Source: a virus. From it: 64,000 nt of DNA. Below, one piece after another: positions 37,831 through 47,368 of the stretch (within the stretch, counting starts at the first letter, position 1; each line of letters starts with the position of its first letter). The position numbers and the translations under genes are program-made. A model generated the notes under the pieces. The model did not search any database, was not told the origin of the DNA, and saw nothing but the letters and a program-made list of their open reading frames with translations. The DNA is taken from positions 32,001-96,000 of the IMG/VR virus record IMGVR_UViG_3300033182_000487; one strand, given 5' to 3'.

Positions 37831-38655
37831 ATGCCGTCAACCATCCGAAAGGGATCACGCGGAAGCGACGTGATCCTCTGCCAAGACAGCCTCACGAAGA
37901 AGGGCTACCCCTGCGAGGCCGACGGCATCTTCGGGTCCGGCACCGAGTCGAAGGTCAAGCGGTTCCAGGCCGACAACGGTCTGATCGCCGATGGCATCGT
38001 CGGGCAGGCGACGTGGGGCAAACTGCTCGCGGACAACCCCGCTGATGTAGGCATCGCTGCTCCGTCCCCCCTCCCTCCGGTCATCGCTCACGCACAGAGC
38101 CTCGGCTACGAGACGTGGGGCGACCCGTGGCGTCTGTTCCTGTTTGGCATCCGTTCCACGGTGCGGAAGGCCGATGCCTTCGACGACATGCTGGGATGCG
38201 CCTACGTCAACGACGAGGGCCTGTGGGAAGCCTTCTACTGGCCTGGAACCACGGACCCCGGCGCGTACTACCTTGAGCACCCGATGAACAGTGCGGGCTG
38301 CGCCATCCTCGTGGCCGACCAGTACCTCGACACCTGGACCATCGACCTCCACGCCGGGAAGTACGAGGCCCTGTGCCAGAGGGCTGGAGAAGTCAGCGTC
38401 TACCGTGACCCCAGCATGGACGACAAGTTGGACCTCGACCCCGGCACCATCGCTACGGGCTACTTCGGGATCAACCTCCATGCCGCGACGAGGACCGAGG
38501 GCCAGACTTCTACGGTCGTCGGCAAGTGGAGCGCGGGCTGCCAGGTCCACGCCTCGGCAGACGGGTTCGCGAAGATGATGGAGTTGGCTCACCAGCAGCA
38601 GGACAAGACGGGTCGGGAGACCTTCTCGTACACCCTCATGGACAAGTGGTTTTGA
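37831..38655 (+). CDS. Endolysin-like protein: PG-binding domain plus YkuD-like catalytic domain
   Basis: DGIFG..T...VK.FQ..NGL.ADGIVG..TW; GINLH..WSAGCQV. Confidence 0.85.
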   Translation: MPSTIRKGSRGSDVILCQDSLTKKGYPCEADGIFGSGTESKVKRFQADNGLIADGIVGQATWGKLLADNPADVGIAAPSPLPPVIAHAQSLGYETWGDPWRLFLFGIRSTVRKADAFDDMLGCAYVNDEGLWEAFYWPGTTDPGAYYLEHPMNSAGCAILVADQYLDTWTIDLHAGKYEALCQRAGEVSVYRDPSMDDKLDLDPGTIATGYFGINLHAATRTEGQTSTVVGKWSAGCQVHASADGFAKMMELAHQQQDKTGRETFSYTLMDKWF

Positions 38656-38678
38656 TCGGGGGTTGAGGTAGGTGATCC

Positions 38679-38855
38679 GTGCTGGATGCCTTCATCATCG
38701 AGCACATCCGCCGCAAGGAGGAGCGTGAACGCCGAGAGCGTGAGCGCCCCCGACTTCGCATCCCCCCGCCAGAACCGCCGCAACCACCGAAGCCCGAGAC
38801 CCCGAAGGACGAGGACTCAGGTCGTGGGGTCACCATCATTGACTTCGGGCTTTGA
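38679..38855 (+). CDS. 58-aa small protein MLDAFIIEHIRR..RGVTIIDF
   Basis: Hand-translated from GTG 38679; GAGGT/AGGT RBS upstream. Confidence 0.6.
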   Translation: MLDAFIIEHIRRKEERERRERERPRLRIPPPEPPQPPKPETPKDEDSGRGVTIIDFGL

Positions 38856-39050
38856 GCACAGCCCCTCGTCGATCAGGTGCATCGCCTCCCGTCCGAACCA
38901 GCCCTGGAGGCTCCAGGCCAACCCGGTGTCGATCAACTCCTGCCAAGCCGCGTAGTACGCCTTCTCCTGCTCCTCGGGCGTCTCTCCCGGAGGTTGTTCC
39001 ACCCCTTCGCAGATCAGGACGGTTTTCAACGCTGGCAACGGCTTGCTCAT
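38817..39050 (-). CDS. Small conserved phage protein
   Basis: WQ.LIDTG.AWSLQGWFGR.A..LI..G motif, familiar from phage proteins. Confidence 0.65.
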   Translation of the reverse strand: MSKPLPALKTVLICEGVEQPPGETPEEQEKAYYAAWQELIDTGLAWSLQGWFGREAMHLIDEGLCSKPEVNDGDPTT

Positions 39051-39098
39051 GGGTCCACCGTACCCCGTGGGTAAGGTAGGCGCACAGAGAGGTCACGA

Positions 39099-39560
39099 AT
39101 GCCCATCTACGAGTTCACCTGCCAGTCCTGCGGCCTCCGCTTTGAGAAACTGTTCCGCCGCGTGTCCGAGGACGCCACGTCGCCGTGCCCCAACTGTGAA
39201 GGCACCGGGACGAAGCAGGTGTCGGCGGTCTCCTTCGCGTTCAAGCACCCGGCCAGCCAGCGCAACGGACCGCTGCCGCCCAACACCGGAACGAGCGACG
39301 ACTGGAACTTCGACAAGGCCATCGGCCACGATGCCGCCGAGAAGTGGGGCAAGATCCACGAGAACAACGCCCGCAAGGACAAGATGATTGCCGACGCCGC
39401 GAAGGAGGGTCGTGGGATCACCCGAGACCACCTCGTCCGAAAGCGAGAGGGTGGCTACCGCGAGGTCACCGAAGGCGAGCGCAAGTACATCAACCAGAAC
39501 CGCGAGGCCGCTCATGCTGTCTCTCAAGCGGCCACGAAGCAGGCCAAAGAGAAGAAGTAG
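39099..39560 (+). CDS. FmdB-family zinc-ribbon protein (second copy)
   Basis: MPIYEFTCQSCG..CPNC. Confidence 0.85.
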   Translation: MPIYEFTCQSCGLRFEKLFRRVSEDATSPCPNCEGTGTKQVSAVSFAFKHPASQRNGPLPPNTGTSDDWNFDKAIGHDAAEKWGKIHENNARKDKMIADAAKEGRGITRDHLVRKREGGYREVTEGERKYINQNREAAHAVSQAATKQAKEKK

Positions 39561-39569
39561 AGCGCCGTT

Positions 39570-39584
39570 CGATACCCCGTCTAT
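39570..39584 (+). promoter_or_regulatory. Late-class promoter motif
   Basis: CGATAC-cccgt-CTAT upstream of the sheath gene. Confidence 0.65.
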
Positions 39585-39678
39585 ATCCGGCAGCAGGTAG
39601 GTAACACTGGCCCTCGTTGGTCGGGATCCCGCGCTTGCACCCTCTCAGCACCGCTGAGTCAAGATCACGAGGTTCACC

Positions 39679-42600
39679 ATGGCATTCCCAGGCTCCGTCT
39701 ACGCCCCTCCGGGCGTCTACACCCAGACTCTCTTTGAAGACCCGCTCCAGAGCATCGCGGGCAACGTCCGCATCCCCCTGCTCATTGGCACCGGGTCCGA
39801 GATCCTGACCCAGAGTGGTCTGGAGTTGGTGCGCGGCTCCTCCTCCTCGGTTGACCAGCGTGTCGTCCAGGAAGACGAGACGGCTCGCGCCGTGGTGTCC
39901 ATCACGGAAGCCGGACTCGTGACCCTCGGAGCCTTCGACAGCGTCCTGGACCGCATCCAGACGAAGCACTACCCCATCGTGAACGGCAACGGCACGGGCA
40001 CCACGGCGACTGACTCCGCGTCGGTCAACGTCACCATCAACGGTGAGCCTGTTGTGGTCCTCGCCATCGACGGTGCGAAGGGCATCCTCACCCTGTCGAG
40101 CAGCCCTGATCCGGGCGACGAGGTGAAGGTCACCTACTACTTCAACCGCACCGACACCCTGATCACCGACACCCTCAGTGACCAGATTTCTCCCGACGCT
40201 CCCGAGATCATCGGCGCGGTCGGCGAGTCCTACGTCGTCATCGAGGGCGTCAACGACACGCTCTCCTTCACGGTGGACAGCGCCACCGTCGTGGACGTGA
40301 CCATCACTCCTTCCGCCCCTGCTGGTTGGTCGGCTGCACAGGTCGCCTCGTTCATCAACGCCGCCGCTGCTGGGACGAGCCTCTCGGCTTCGACCACGGT
40401 GAACAACCTCGGCCAGACGGTGCTCTACCTGACCGCTGACCGCGACATCGTCGTCGGCAACGGCCTGGCAAACACCACCCTCGGTCTGGACCTCGGTGCC
40501 GACACCGCCCGGAACAAGACCTTCTACACCTTCCAGCGTCCCATCGTGGACGGGTCGAACGGTGGTGTCACCACCACGGACCCGGCGGACGTGACAGTCA
40601 AGGTGGACGGCACCCAGGTGATCCCGACCTCTGTGGACGGGGCTTCCGGTGCTGTGGTCCTCCCCTTCGCGCCAGAAATCGGCGCTGTGGTCACCTGCCA
40701 GTACTACTTCAACTCGTGGCAGGACACGTTCGACTACCTCCAGCACCGAGGCGTCGTCGAGATCACCCAGTGCGGGATCACGCCTGACCGCAACGACTAC
40801 ATCGACGGTGCGGACTTCGTTTTGAAGGACGACAAGATCCTCTGGGGCACCGCAGTCACCACCGAGGCTGGCGTCCACACCACGGGCAGCGCCTACTTCG
40901 ACGACGTGCAGATCTCCACGACCCTGGTGGACACCCGCCAGTACCTGGCCGCCTGCTCCCCTGTGGTCAACACGAGCGTCAACCCGCCCGTCGAGAACCG
41001 CAAGGACTTCACCCTCCCGCTCCAGCCCACCACCGGAAACGGTCGCTCCACCCCGCTGGGTGCCGAGACCTACTCCAAGGTGGCCAACGGACGGGTTGAC
41101 CTCCCGACTGACCGCCCTGATCTCGTGTGGGCCTACTGGGGCTTCTCCCTGGAGGACGCTCTGGACCGTGGCCGCGTCGAGGTCACGAAGGTCGAGTCCT
41201 CGACCAGCACCATCACCCTGCGTGAGCCGGTGCCCGTCGGCGCGACCGTCTACGCCACCTTCTACTACAACACCCTCGTGGACCAGGCGTACAGCGTTGC
41301 CTGTGACACCGCTGGTGCAAGCGGTGTGGGCACCTACTCGGTGACCAACGAGGCCGGAACCTCGCTCCTGACCCCGCAGTTCGGCTCCAAGAGCGCCGCG
41401 CTCGCCACGGTCACCGTCGAGTTCCCGAGCGGCTCCGAGCGCACGCCGGACTGCCGCTTTGAGAGCCCGTTCGACACGTCGTCGTTCGTCGGCCCTGTCG
41501 AGGAGGACGTGACCGTCACGTTCGCTTCCCAGGACGCGACCCTGGCGAAGTACACGCTCCCCGGCTCCGGTCCCTACTACATGGTCCAGAACGCCAGCGA
41601 CCAGTTGTCCATCAACATGGACAACTCGGGTGCTCCCGGCGACATCGACCTGTCCTCGGTCAGCCGTGCATGGGTTGTCGGTGACGAGGTCGTCTACAGC
41701 CCCGACGGCTCCAACGAGTACGAGGACGGCGTGGCGACGACCAACAACGAGGTCGATCTGATGATCGACGGCGTGTTGATCCAGTCACGGGCCGATACGG
41801 GTGACCGCACGGCCATCGTCGCGACTGACTTCCAGGACATCGGACGTTACGCACAGTCCATCAACCGCGCAGCCTTCGGTGACTACGCCGATGCTGCGGG
41901 TGGTGTGCTCGTGCTCGCAGCGTCAACGGATGCGAACAACTTCCAACTGGACGCCGAGGCTTCCAACATTGACGACTACTACGTCGGCTGGACCGTCCGC
42001 ATCACCAGTGGTGCTGAAGCAGGTAGCGAGGCCACCGTCACGTCCTACAACGGCACCACCAACGCGGTGGTCGTCGGTGCGGGGCTCGGTGGTGATCCTG
42101 GTTTGGCCAACTACGTCCTCTACAACCCGGACGCGCTTCCGGTGTTGAAGGCTTCCACGCGCTTCCTGTCCTCGCTCACCATCGCAGCGGGCGAGTTCGA
42201 CATCATCAACTGGCGCATCGTCGGTTCGTCCGCGACCATCACGGGCACGACCCTCGGGATCGAGACTGCTGCTTCCGGTGGTGTGTTCACGTCGGCTACC
42301 GCTCTGGCAACCGACGTGCAGACCGTGTTGCAGAACTCCATCAACGCTGTTGCTGCTGTCCCTGCCATCGCTCCGCAGGTGCTTGTCTCGGCAGACTCCG
42401 ACGGACGGCTCAACTTCAAGTTGGTCCCCGATGGGGCTGACCTTGAGGGTGCCTACCTGGAGTTCATCACCGACGGAACCCCCGCGCAGGACTTCTGTGT
42501 CCTCGCCGGTCTGGACACCGACACGGCTGGTGGCAGCCAGACTCACCTCTACAACAGGGCCATCGCCAGCACCTTTGAGTTCGCGGGTGCTACCACCACC

Positions 42601-44847
42601 CTGCGCCTCAACGACCGTCTGTTCCTCCAGAACCGCATCCGTCCCGGTGCTGGAACGGCCAACATGGACACCCAGTTCGTGCTCGACCAGTGCCAGTTGA
42701 AGGTGATGGGAGGCACGGGCCTCGCCCAGGCCGCCCTGACCGCCAACGAGCAGGGCTACGCCGCCATCCGGGCCACCATCATGCCTCCTACCACCTACGG
42801 TGAGGTCGGCTTTTCCGGTGGACAGGACGCTGCCGGACAGCCTGTCGTGACCTTCTTCGCGGCTGGTGGCACCACCGACCAGAACAACGTCTTCCAGATG
42901 ACCTACGAAGGCACTCCGATCACCGTCGAGTTCACCGACTCGGCAGGTGCTCCGATTGCTGCCGGTGGTTCGGCAGACGTTCCGCTGGGGCCACTGACCG
43001 ATGGGAACAGCATCCTGGGTCAGATCAGCGCAGCCATGACCGCCGCTGGGGTCACGGGGATTTCTCAGGAGGGTGCGGGCATTCGCTTCCGTGGTTCCTC
43101 CTCGGCGTCCTCGGCCACCATCGTCATCGGTAGCGGCAACGCCAACACCGACCTGGGCTTCGACGACGGCGACATCGTGTACCGCACGGACGTCTCCGTG
43201 GAGTCCCTGGTCAGTGTCCTCAACTCCAGTACCCTCTGGAACGACGGCTCTGGACGCGGCTTCGCCAAGACCGTTCGGGACGACACCAACGCTTCCTTCC
43301 TGTACCTCCAGAGCACGGGTACGTCGGGCGCTGGTACGACCTCCTCCATCGCCATCGAGGATGCAGCAGCCGACAACGCTCTGCGCCCCGGCAGCGGTCT
43401 GGGGGCCACGGACGGCGACGGCAACGTGGGTGAGGCGGCCATCGACGGCTTCTTCGTCACCTCGTCTGATCCCGTGTCCGGTTCGGGTACGGCCAACACC
43501 TCCATCCTCAACTCGGGAACGGGTCAGGACGGCGATGTCGGCGCGACCTACCGTGACCTGGTGACCGGCCTGACCTTCACCATCCTGCCCCGTGCAGGTG
43601 GCGCGGCCTACCCGGTCGGTGCGACCCTGACCTTCACGGTCCGGGCGGGCGTCACGACGGATGCCAACCTCCCGGTCAACACCATCCCCGGTGTAGAACT
43701 CTACGTCTCCAACACCTCCGGGATCACCGTTGGTGACACCGCTGTGGTGCAGACCTACGAGAAGGGCGGCAACCAGCCTGCCGTGGGCGACCTCTACTAC
43801 GTCTCCTACGACTACCGGAAGCAGGACTACAGCACCCAACTGTTCACGAAGCAGTCGGCTGTGGAGGCCACCTACGGTGCAGCGGGCCCGGTCAACCCGG
43901 TTTCGCTGGCTGGCTACCTGGCCATCCTCAACGGGGCGGTCCTGATCGCCATCAAGCAGGTGGAGAAGGACACCGACTCCGACTCCGACGGCACGAACGA
44001 CAGCGCCAGCACGGACGCTTTCCTCGCCGCCATCGACGAGGTGGAGGGGACGCTCCCTGGTGGGGCCTACCCGGACTACCTCGTTCCGCTCAAGGGTGAC
44101 TCCCTGGAGTTGTTCCAGTACCTCGCACGGTCCTGCGACATCCAGTCGAGCATCCGCTACCGCGCCGAGCGCACCGCGATCTGTGGCCTGTCCGCAGGTA
44201 CGCAGCCGCGTGAAGCCGGTGAGACGGCGGAAGCCATCGCCCGGACCCGGATGCGCCTCGTGTACCCGGACATCTGCACCCTGAGCCTGTCGCGGGCCGA
44301 CGGGACCACGGACTCCTACCTGCTCGACGGCACCTACCTCGCCGCCGCGTGGTCCGGGAACCGTGCCTCGCCGACCATCGACGTTGCGACCCCGTGGACC
44401 CGTGGCCGGATCTTCGGCTTCGACGAACTGGCTCGCAAGATGGATGCAGTCCAGCAGAACCAGGTCGCTACTCGCGGTGTCACGGTGTTCAACCAGCGCC
44501 AGAGCATCGTCGAGTGCCGCCAGGGTCTGTCCACCGACATGACCAACGTGCTGACCAAGACCCCGACCGTGATCACCATCGCGGACGAGGTCCAGCGCCA
44601 GGCTCGTGCCACCCTGGACAAGTTCATCGGGATCAAGTTCCTGTCGAACGTGACCACGACCATCGAGGGCCAGTTGTCCAAGACCCTCAAGCAGTTGGTC
44701 GCGGCTCAGATCATCAACACCTTCACGGGCGTCACCGCCAACGTGTCACCTGATGATCCGACCGCTGCCGAGGTGGAGGCGTACTACCAGCCGGTGTTCC
44801 CACTTTTGTACATTATCGTGACCTTCAACCTGCGCTCAAGTCTTTGA
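39679..44847 (+). CDS. Contractile tail sheath protein with large insertions
   Basis: N-terminal PPGVY; C-terminal sheath domain ending YQPVFPLLYIIVTFNL. Confidence 0.85.
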   Translation: MAFPGSVYAPPGVYTQTLFEDPLQSIAGNVRIPLLIGTGSEILTQSGLELVRGSSSSVDQRVVQEDETARAVVSITEAGLVTLGAFDSVLDRIQTKHYPIVNGNGTGTTATDSASVNVTINGEPVVVLAIDGAKGILTLSSSPDPGDEVKVTYYFNRTDTLITDTLSDQISPDAPEIIGAVGESYVVIEGVNDTLSFTVDSATVVDVTITPSAPAGWSAAQVASFINAAAAGTSLSASTTVNNLGQTVLYLTADRDIVVGNGLANTTLGLDLGADTARNKTFYTFQRPIVDGSNGGVTTTDPADVTVKVDGTQVIPTSVDGASGAVVLPFAPEIGAVVTCQYYFNSWQDTFDYLQHRGVVEITQCGITPDRNDYIDGADFVLKDDKILWGTAVTTEAGVHTTGSAYFDDVQISTTLVDTRQYLAACSPVVNTSVNPPVENRKDFTLPLQPTTGNGRSTPLGAETYSKVANGRVDLPTDRPDLVWAYWGFSLEDALDRGRVEVTKVESSTSTITLREPVPVGATVYATFYYNTLVDQAYSVACDTAGASGVGTYSVTNEAGTSLLTPQFGSKSAALATVTVEFPSGSERTPDCRFESPFDTSSFVGPVEEDVTVTFASQDATLAKYTLPGSGPYYMVQNASDQLSINMDNSGAPGDIDLSSVSRAWVVGDEVVYSPDGSNEYEDGVATTNNEVDLMIDGVLIQSRADTGDRTAIVATDFQDIGRYAQSINRAAFGDYADAAGGVLVLAASTDANNFQLDAEASNIDDYYVGWTVRITSGAEAGSEATVTSYNGTTNAVVVGAGLGGDPGLANYVLYNPDALPVLKASTRFLSSLTIAAGEFDIINWRIVGSSATITGTTLGIETAASGGVFTSATALATDVQTVLQNSINAVAAVPAIAPQVLVSADSDGRLNFKLVPDGADLEGAYLEFITDGTPAQDFCVLAGLDTDTAGGSQTHLYNRAIASTFEFAGATTTLRLNDRLFLQNRIRPGAGTANMDTQFVLDQCQLKVMGGTGLAQAALTANEQGYAAIRATIMPPTTYGEVGFSGGQDAAGQPVVTFFAAGGTTDQNNVFQMTYEGTPITVEFTDSAGAPIAAGGSADVPLGPLTDGNSILGQISAAMTAAGVTGISQEGAGIRFRGSSSASSATIVIGSGNANTDLGFDDGDIVYRTDVSVESLVSVLNSSTLWNDGSGRGFAKTVRDDTNASFLYLQSTGTSGAGTTSSIAIEDAAADNALRPGSGLGATDGDGNVGEAAIDGFFVTSSDPVSGSGTANTSILNSGTGQDGDVGATYRDLVTGLTFTILPRAGGAAYPVGATLTFTVRAGVTTDANLPVNTIPGVELYVSNTSGITVGDTAVVQTYEKGGNQPAVGDLYYVSYDYRKQDYSTQLFTKQSAVEATYGAAGPVNPVSLAGYLAILNGAVLIAIKQVEKDTDSDSDGTNDSASTDAFLAAIDEVEGTLPGGAYPDYLVPLKGDSLELFQYLARSCDIQSSIRYRAERTAICGLSAGTQPREAGETAEAIARTRMRLVYPDICTLSLSRADGTTDSYLLDGTYLAAAWSGNRASPTIDVATPWTRGRIFGFDELARKMDAVQQNQVATRGVTVFNQRQSIVECRQGLSTDMTNVLTKTPTVITIADEVQRQARATLDKFIGIKFLSNVTTTIEGQLSKTLKQLVAAQIINTFTGVTANVSPDDPTAAEVEAYYQPVFPLLYIIVTFNLRSSL

Positions 44848-44884
44848 GCCCCAATACAAACGAGCAGCGTTTAGGTTGCTAATG

Positions 44885-44925
44885 ACCCTCCGGTCGGGTA
44901 GATTCCCGACCGGAGGGTTTCGTTT
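44885..44925 (+). terminator. 14-bp hairpin terminator that also masks the downstream RBS
   Basis: ACCCTCCGGTCGGG-TAGATT-CCCGACCGGAGGGT then TTCGTTT. Confidence 0.8.
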
Positions 44926-46437
44926 ATGGACTGCTCAATCTGTGGTTTCACCGTCTCCAACGCACGGGGACTCGTCGCTCACTTCCGCCACCAGTCGGAC
45001 ACGCATCCCGACTACAAGGAGTGGTCTGAGGAGCAGAAGTGGAAGGACAAGACCGAGGGGGTGGACTTCGTTCGGTGTCGGGAGTGTGGGTTCCGCTCCA
45101 AGAGCCTCGCCCGACACTTGAAGTCGGCACATGGGTTCACCGCCGACGAGTACCGGGAGAAGCACGGGGCAGACGCTCCGACCCGATGCAACAGCACGGA
45201 GGCGAAGCGTCGTGCTGGGATCAAGGCGGCTCACGCCCGTACCGACCGTAAGGGACAGACCAAGACGGTTGCCTGTACGGGCTGCGGGGTGGACACCGAG
45301 ATCGCTCTGTTCGCTGCTGCACCCACAGCGGTTTGCGGTGCCTGTCGGGATTCAGTGTGGGAGGGCAAGTCAGAGCCAGAGGACTTCGTGACTTGTCTCG
45401 ACTGCGGACACCGTGCGGAGAACCTGACCAGCCATGTCACCAACGCCCACCCAGACTACCGAGATCGCCACCCGGATGCGGTGATGGTGGCGTTGCGCTC
45501 CGCTGTTCGGGACAAGGAAGCCTTGCGGGGTCGTACCTTGTCTTCCGAGGTGCGGGCGAAGATGTCTGCCAACGCGGGTCGGTGGAACAAGGGCTTGACG
45601 AAGGAGACGCATCCCAGCCTCCGTTCGGCTTCGGAGAAGATGCGGACCAAGGTGCCGTGGTCGAAGGGTCTGACTGCGATGACGGACGAACGGCTCCAGC
45701 AGACGGTGGCGAAGTTGAGGCTCTATGTGGGGGAGAGCCGTCCGTGGTCGAACGGGTTGAAGGCCGACCTCACTCTGGAGGACTTTCAGCCGTTCCTTGA
45801 TGATGAAGGCTGCGTGGATCGTCGTGCCATCGTGGAGGCCACGGGTCTGTCATGGCGGACGATCTTCACCTACATGCAGTCGCTTGATCTGGAGACTTCG
45901 GACAAGTACATCCGAGAGCGGTCAGAAGACCAGATCATCAGGCTCGACCGAGAGGTGTTGGAACAGTCGTTGATGGAGAACGGGAAGGCTTGCATCGCCC
46001 GGATCATGCGTGACACCGGGCACTCGTTCTCGGTGGTCAAGAGGGAGTGCGCCCGACACGGGTTGGAGATGTTCACCCGAATGGGTGAGCAGATCCTTGT
46101 GCTGGACGCGATCTCGGAGGCGTTGGGGGGCAAGCCGTACAAGATGGAGTGGAAGGATTGGAGGTTCGTCAACCCCGCTACAGGTTGGCGTTTCAAGTTC
46201 GACGGCTACTTCCCCGATGTGGGGTTGGTGGTCGAGTATCACGGGCATCAGCACTACATCTTCCCGAATGCTTGGCACTACAAGCCCGAGCACAAGGAAG
46301 CATGGCACGCGATGTTGGAGCGCGACCGGATCAAGAAGGAGATGGTCGAGGCGTCAAGTGATCTCACCTACTTGGAAGTCCGCTTCGATGACTCGTTGAC
46401 CTCGGTAGATTTCTACCGGGGCTTGCTTCGTCGGTAG
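44926..46437 (+). mobile_element. Free-standing homing endonuclease-like gene (zinc fingers, NUMOD repeats, Vsr/EDxHD-like nuclease)
   Basis: C2H2/MucR-like fingers; RGRTLSSEVRAKMS; WNKGLTKET repeats; FDGYF..LVVEYHGHQHY..RDRIK; atypical codon usage. Confidence 0.75.
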
Positions 46438-46456
46438 TCGTCTGTTACTGTCGCTT

Positions 46457-46798
46457 TGCCCGCAAGGGTACCTTCTTGGTTCTCGTAGCCGAGAAGGTGG
46501 TAGGGGTTCAATGCCTTCCACCGGGCGAGCCTACTATCAACTTGAGGGGTGGGTTCCTCTCTTTCCTCCAAGCCTTTGGTTTAGGGGGAGCCTGTCGAGC
46601 AAGGTTCTGGCTCGACACGGAGGCTTCAACGCTTCCGTAAAAGGCATGGGTCGGTCGGGCGTTTCGTGCTCCCAAGATCGACCCGAGACCCTTCGGGGAC
46701 TCCAAAATAGCCGCCATCGCCATCGCGATCACGGAGTGCGCCTTCCTTTCGGCACACTCCCCAAACCCCCAGTAAGGTATCGTCCACTGGGGGTTTGG
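46457..46798. ncRNA. Candidate structured non-coding RNA
   Basis: About 8-9 consecutive stem-loops, including GCAA and C(UUCG)G tetraloops, with no credible ORF. Confidence 0.5.
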
Positions 46799-46820
46799 TC
46801 TATCTGGGGGCTTCGTTCGT

Positions 46821-46835
46821 CGGTAGGGAGCCTAT
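46821..46835 (+). promoter_or_regulatory. Late-class promoter motif
   Basis: CGGTAG-ggagc-CTAT; another (CGGTAG-cctct-CTAT) lies at 47329-47343. Confidence 0.7.
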
Positions 46836-46880
46836 GGGCTCACCACAGGCATCAAGACTTCTCGTAGGAGTGGCCCCATC

Positions 46881-47327
46881 ATGCCCCGCATCATCACCGC
46901 CGCTGACCGATCTGCTCTCATTCGTCTGGCGAGCACCCTCCCTGCGGGCTCTGAGGAGCGGAAGGTGATCCTCGCCGGGTTGAAGCAGGCCCGCGCCCCC
47001 CGTGAGAACCAGACGGCTGGTCGCCTATCGGCTGATATGCGGAAACGAGAGGACGAGATCGAGTTCCTGTCCAGCGCGGGCGGCAAGGTGTTGAAGACCT
47101 ACAGGAGCGTCTGGATGGAAGCCGCGAGGCTGGCGGAAACCTATGAGGGGTCGCCAAGTTACTCCCCTGATAGTGATTGGGGTGTTGAACAGGATCAGCG
47201 GGAGATCACGAACCAACTTGGTATGCAGGCGGCATCACTGAGGCAGACGGCACAAAGGCTTCGGCAGTTGGTTGATGAACTGGAATCCTTCGCCGCTCAG
47301 GCGAAGAAGGTCGCTGATTCGTTCTAA
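46881..47327 (+). CDS. LIRLASTLP-tagged helical protein
   Basis: AADRSALIRLASTLPAGSEERKVILAGLKQA followed by a domain with atypical codon usage. Confidence 0.75.
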   Translation: MPRIITAADRSALIRLASTLPAGSEERKVILAGLKQARAPRENQTAGRLSADMRKREDEIEFLSSAGGKVLKTYRSVWMEAARLAETYEGSPSYSPDSDWGVEQDQREITNQLGMQAASLRQTAQRLRQLVDELESFAAQAKKVADSF

Positions 47328-47368
47328 TCGGTAGCCTCTCTATGGACTCCCTGTGGGCAGGAGAGTCC

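Noticed and set aside
38658-38685. GGGGGT as a middle promoter (similarly at 2285 and 9786)
   Set aside because: No GGGTA at 17-nt spacing.
46403-46418. Palindrome CGGTAGATTTCTACCG as a late promoter
   Set aside because: N4 spacer ending CTAC and inside a CDS; it cannot be distinguished from chance, though it could serve the downstream RNA.
46496-46780. tRNA or tmRNA (GGTTCAATGCC T-loop-like; AAAATAGCC-GCC resembling a tmRNA resume context)
   Set aside because: No acceptor stem, D-arm or CCA could be built, and the putative tag would not end in Ala-Ala.
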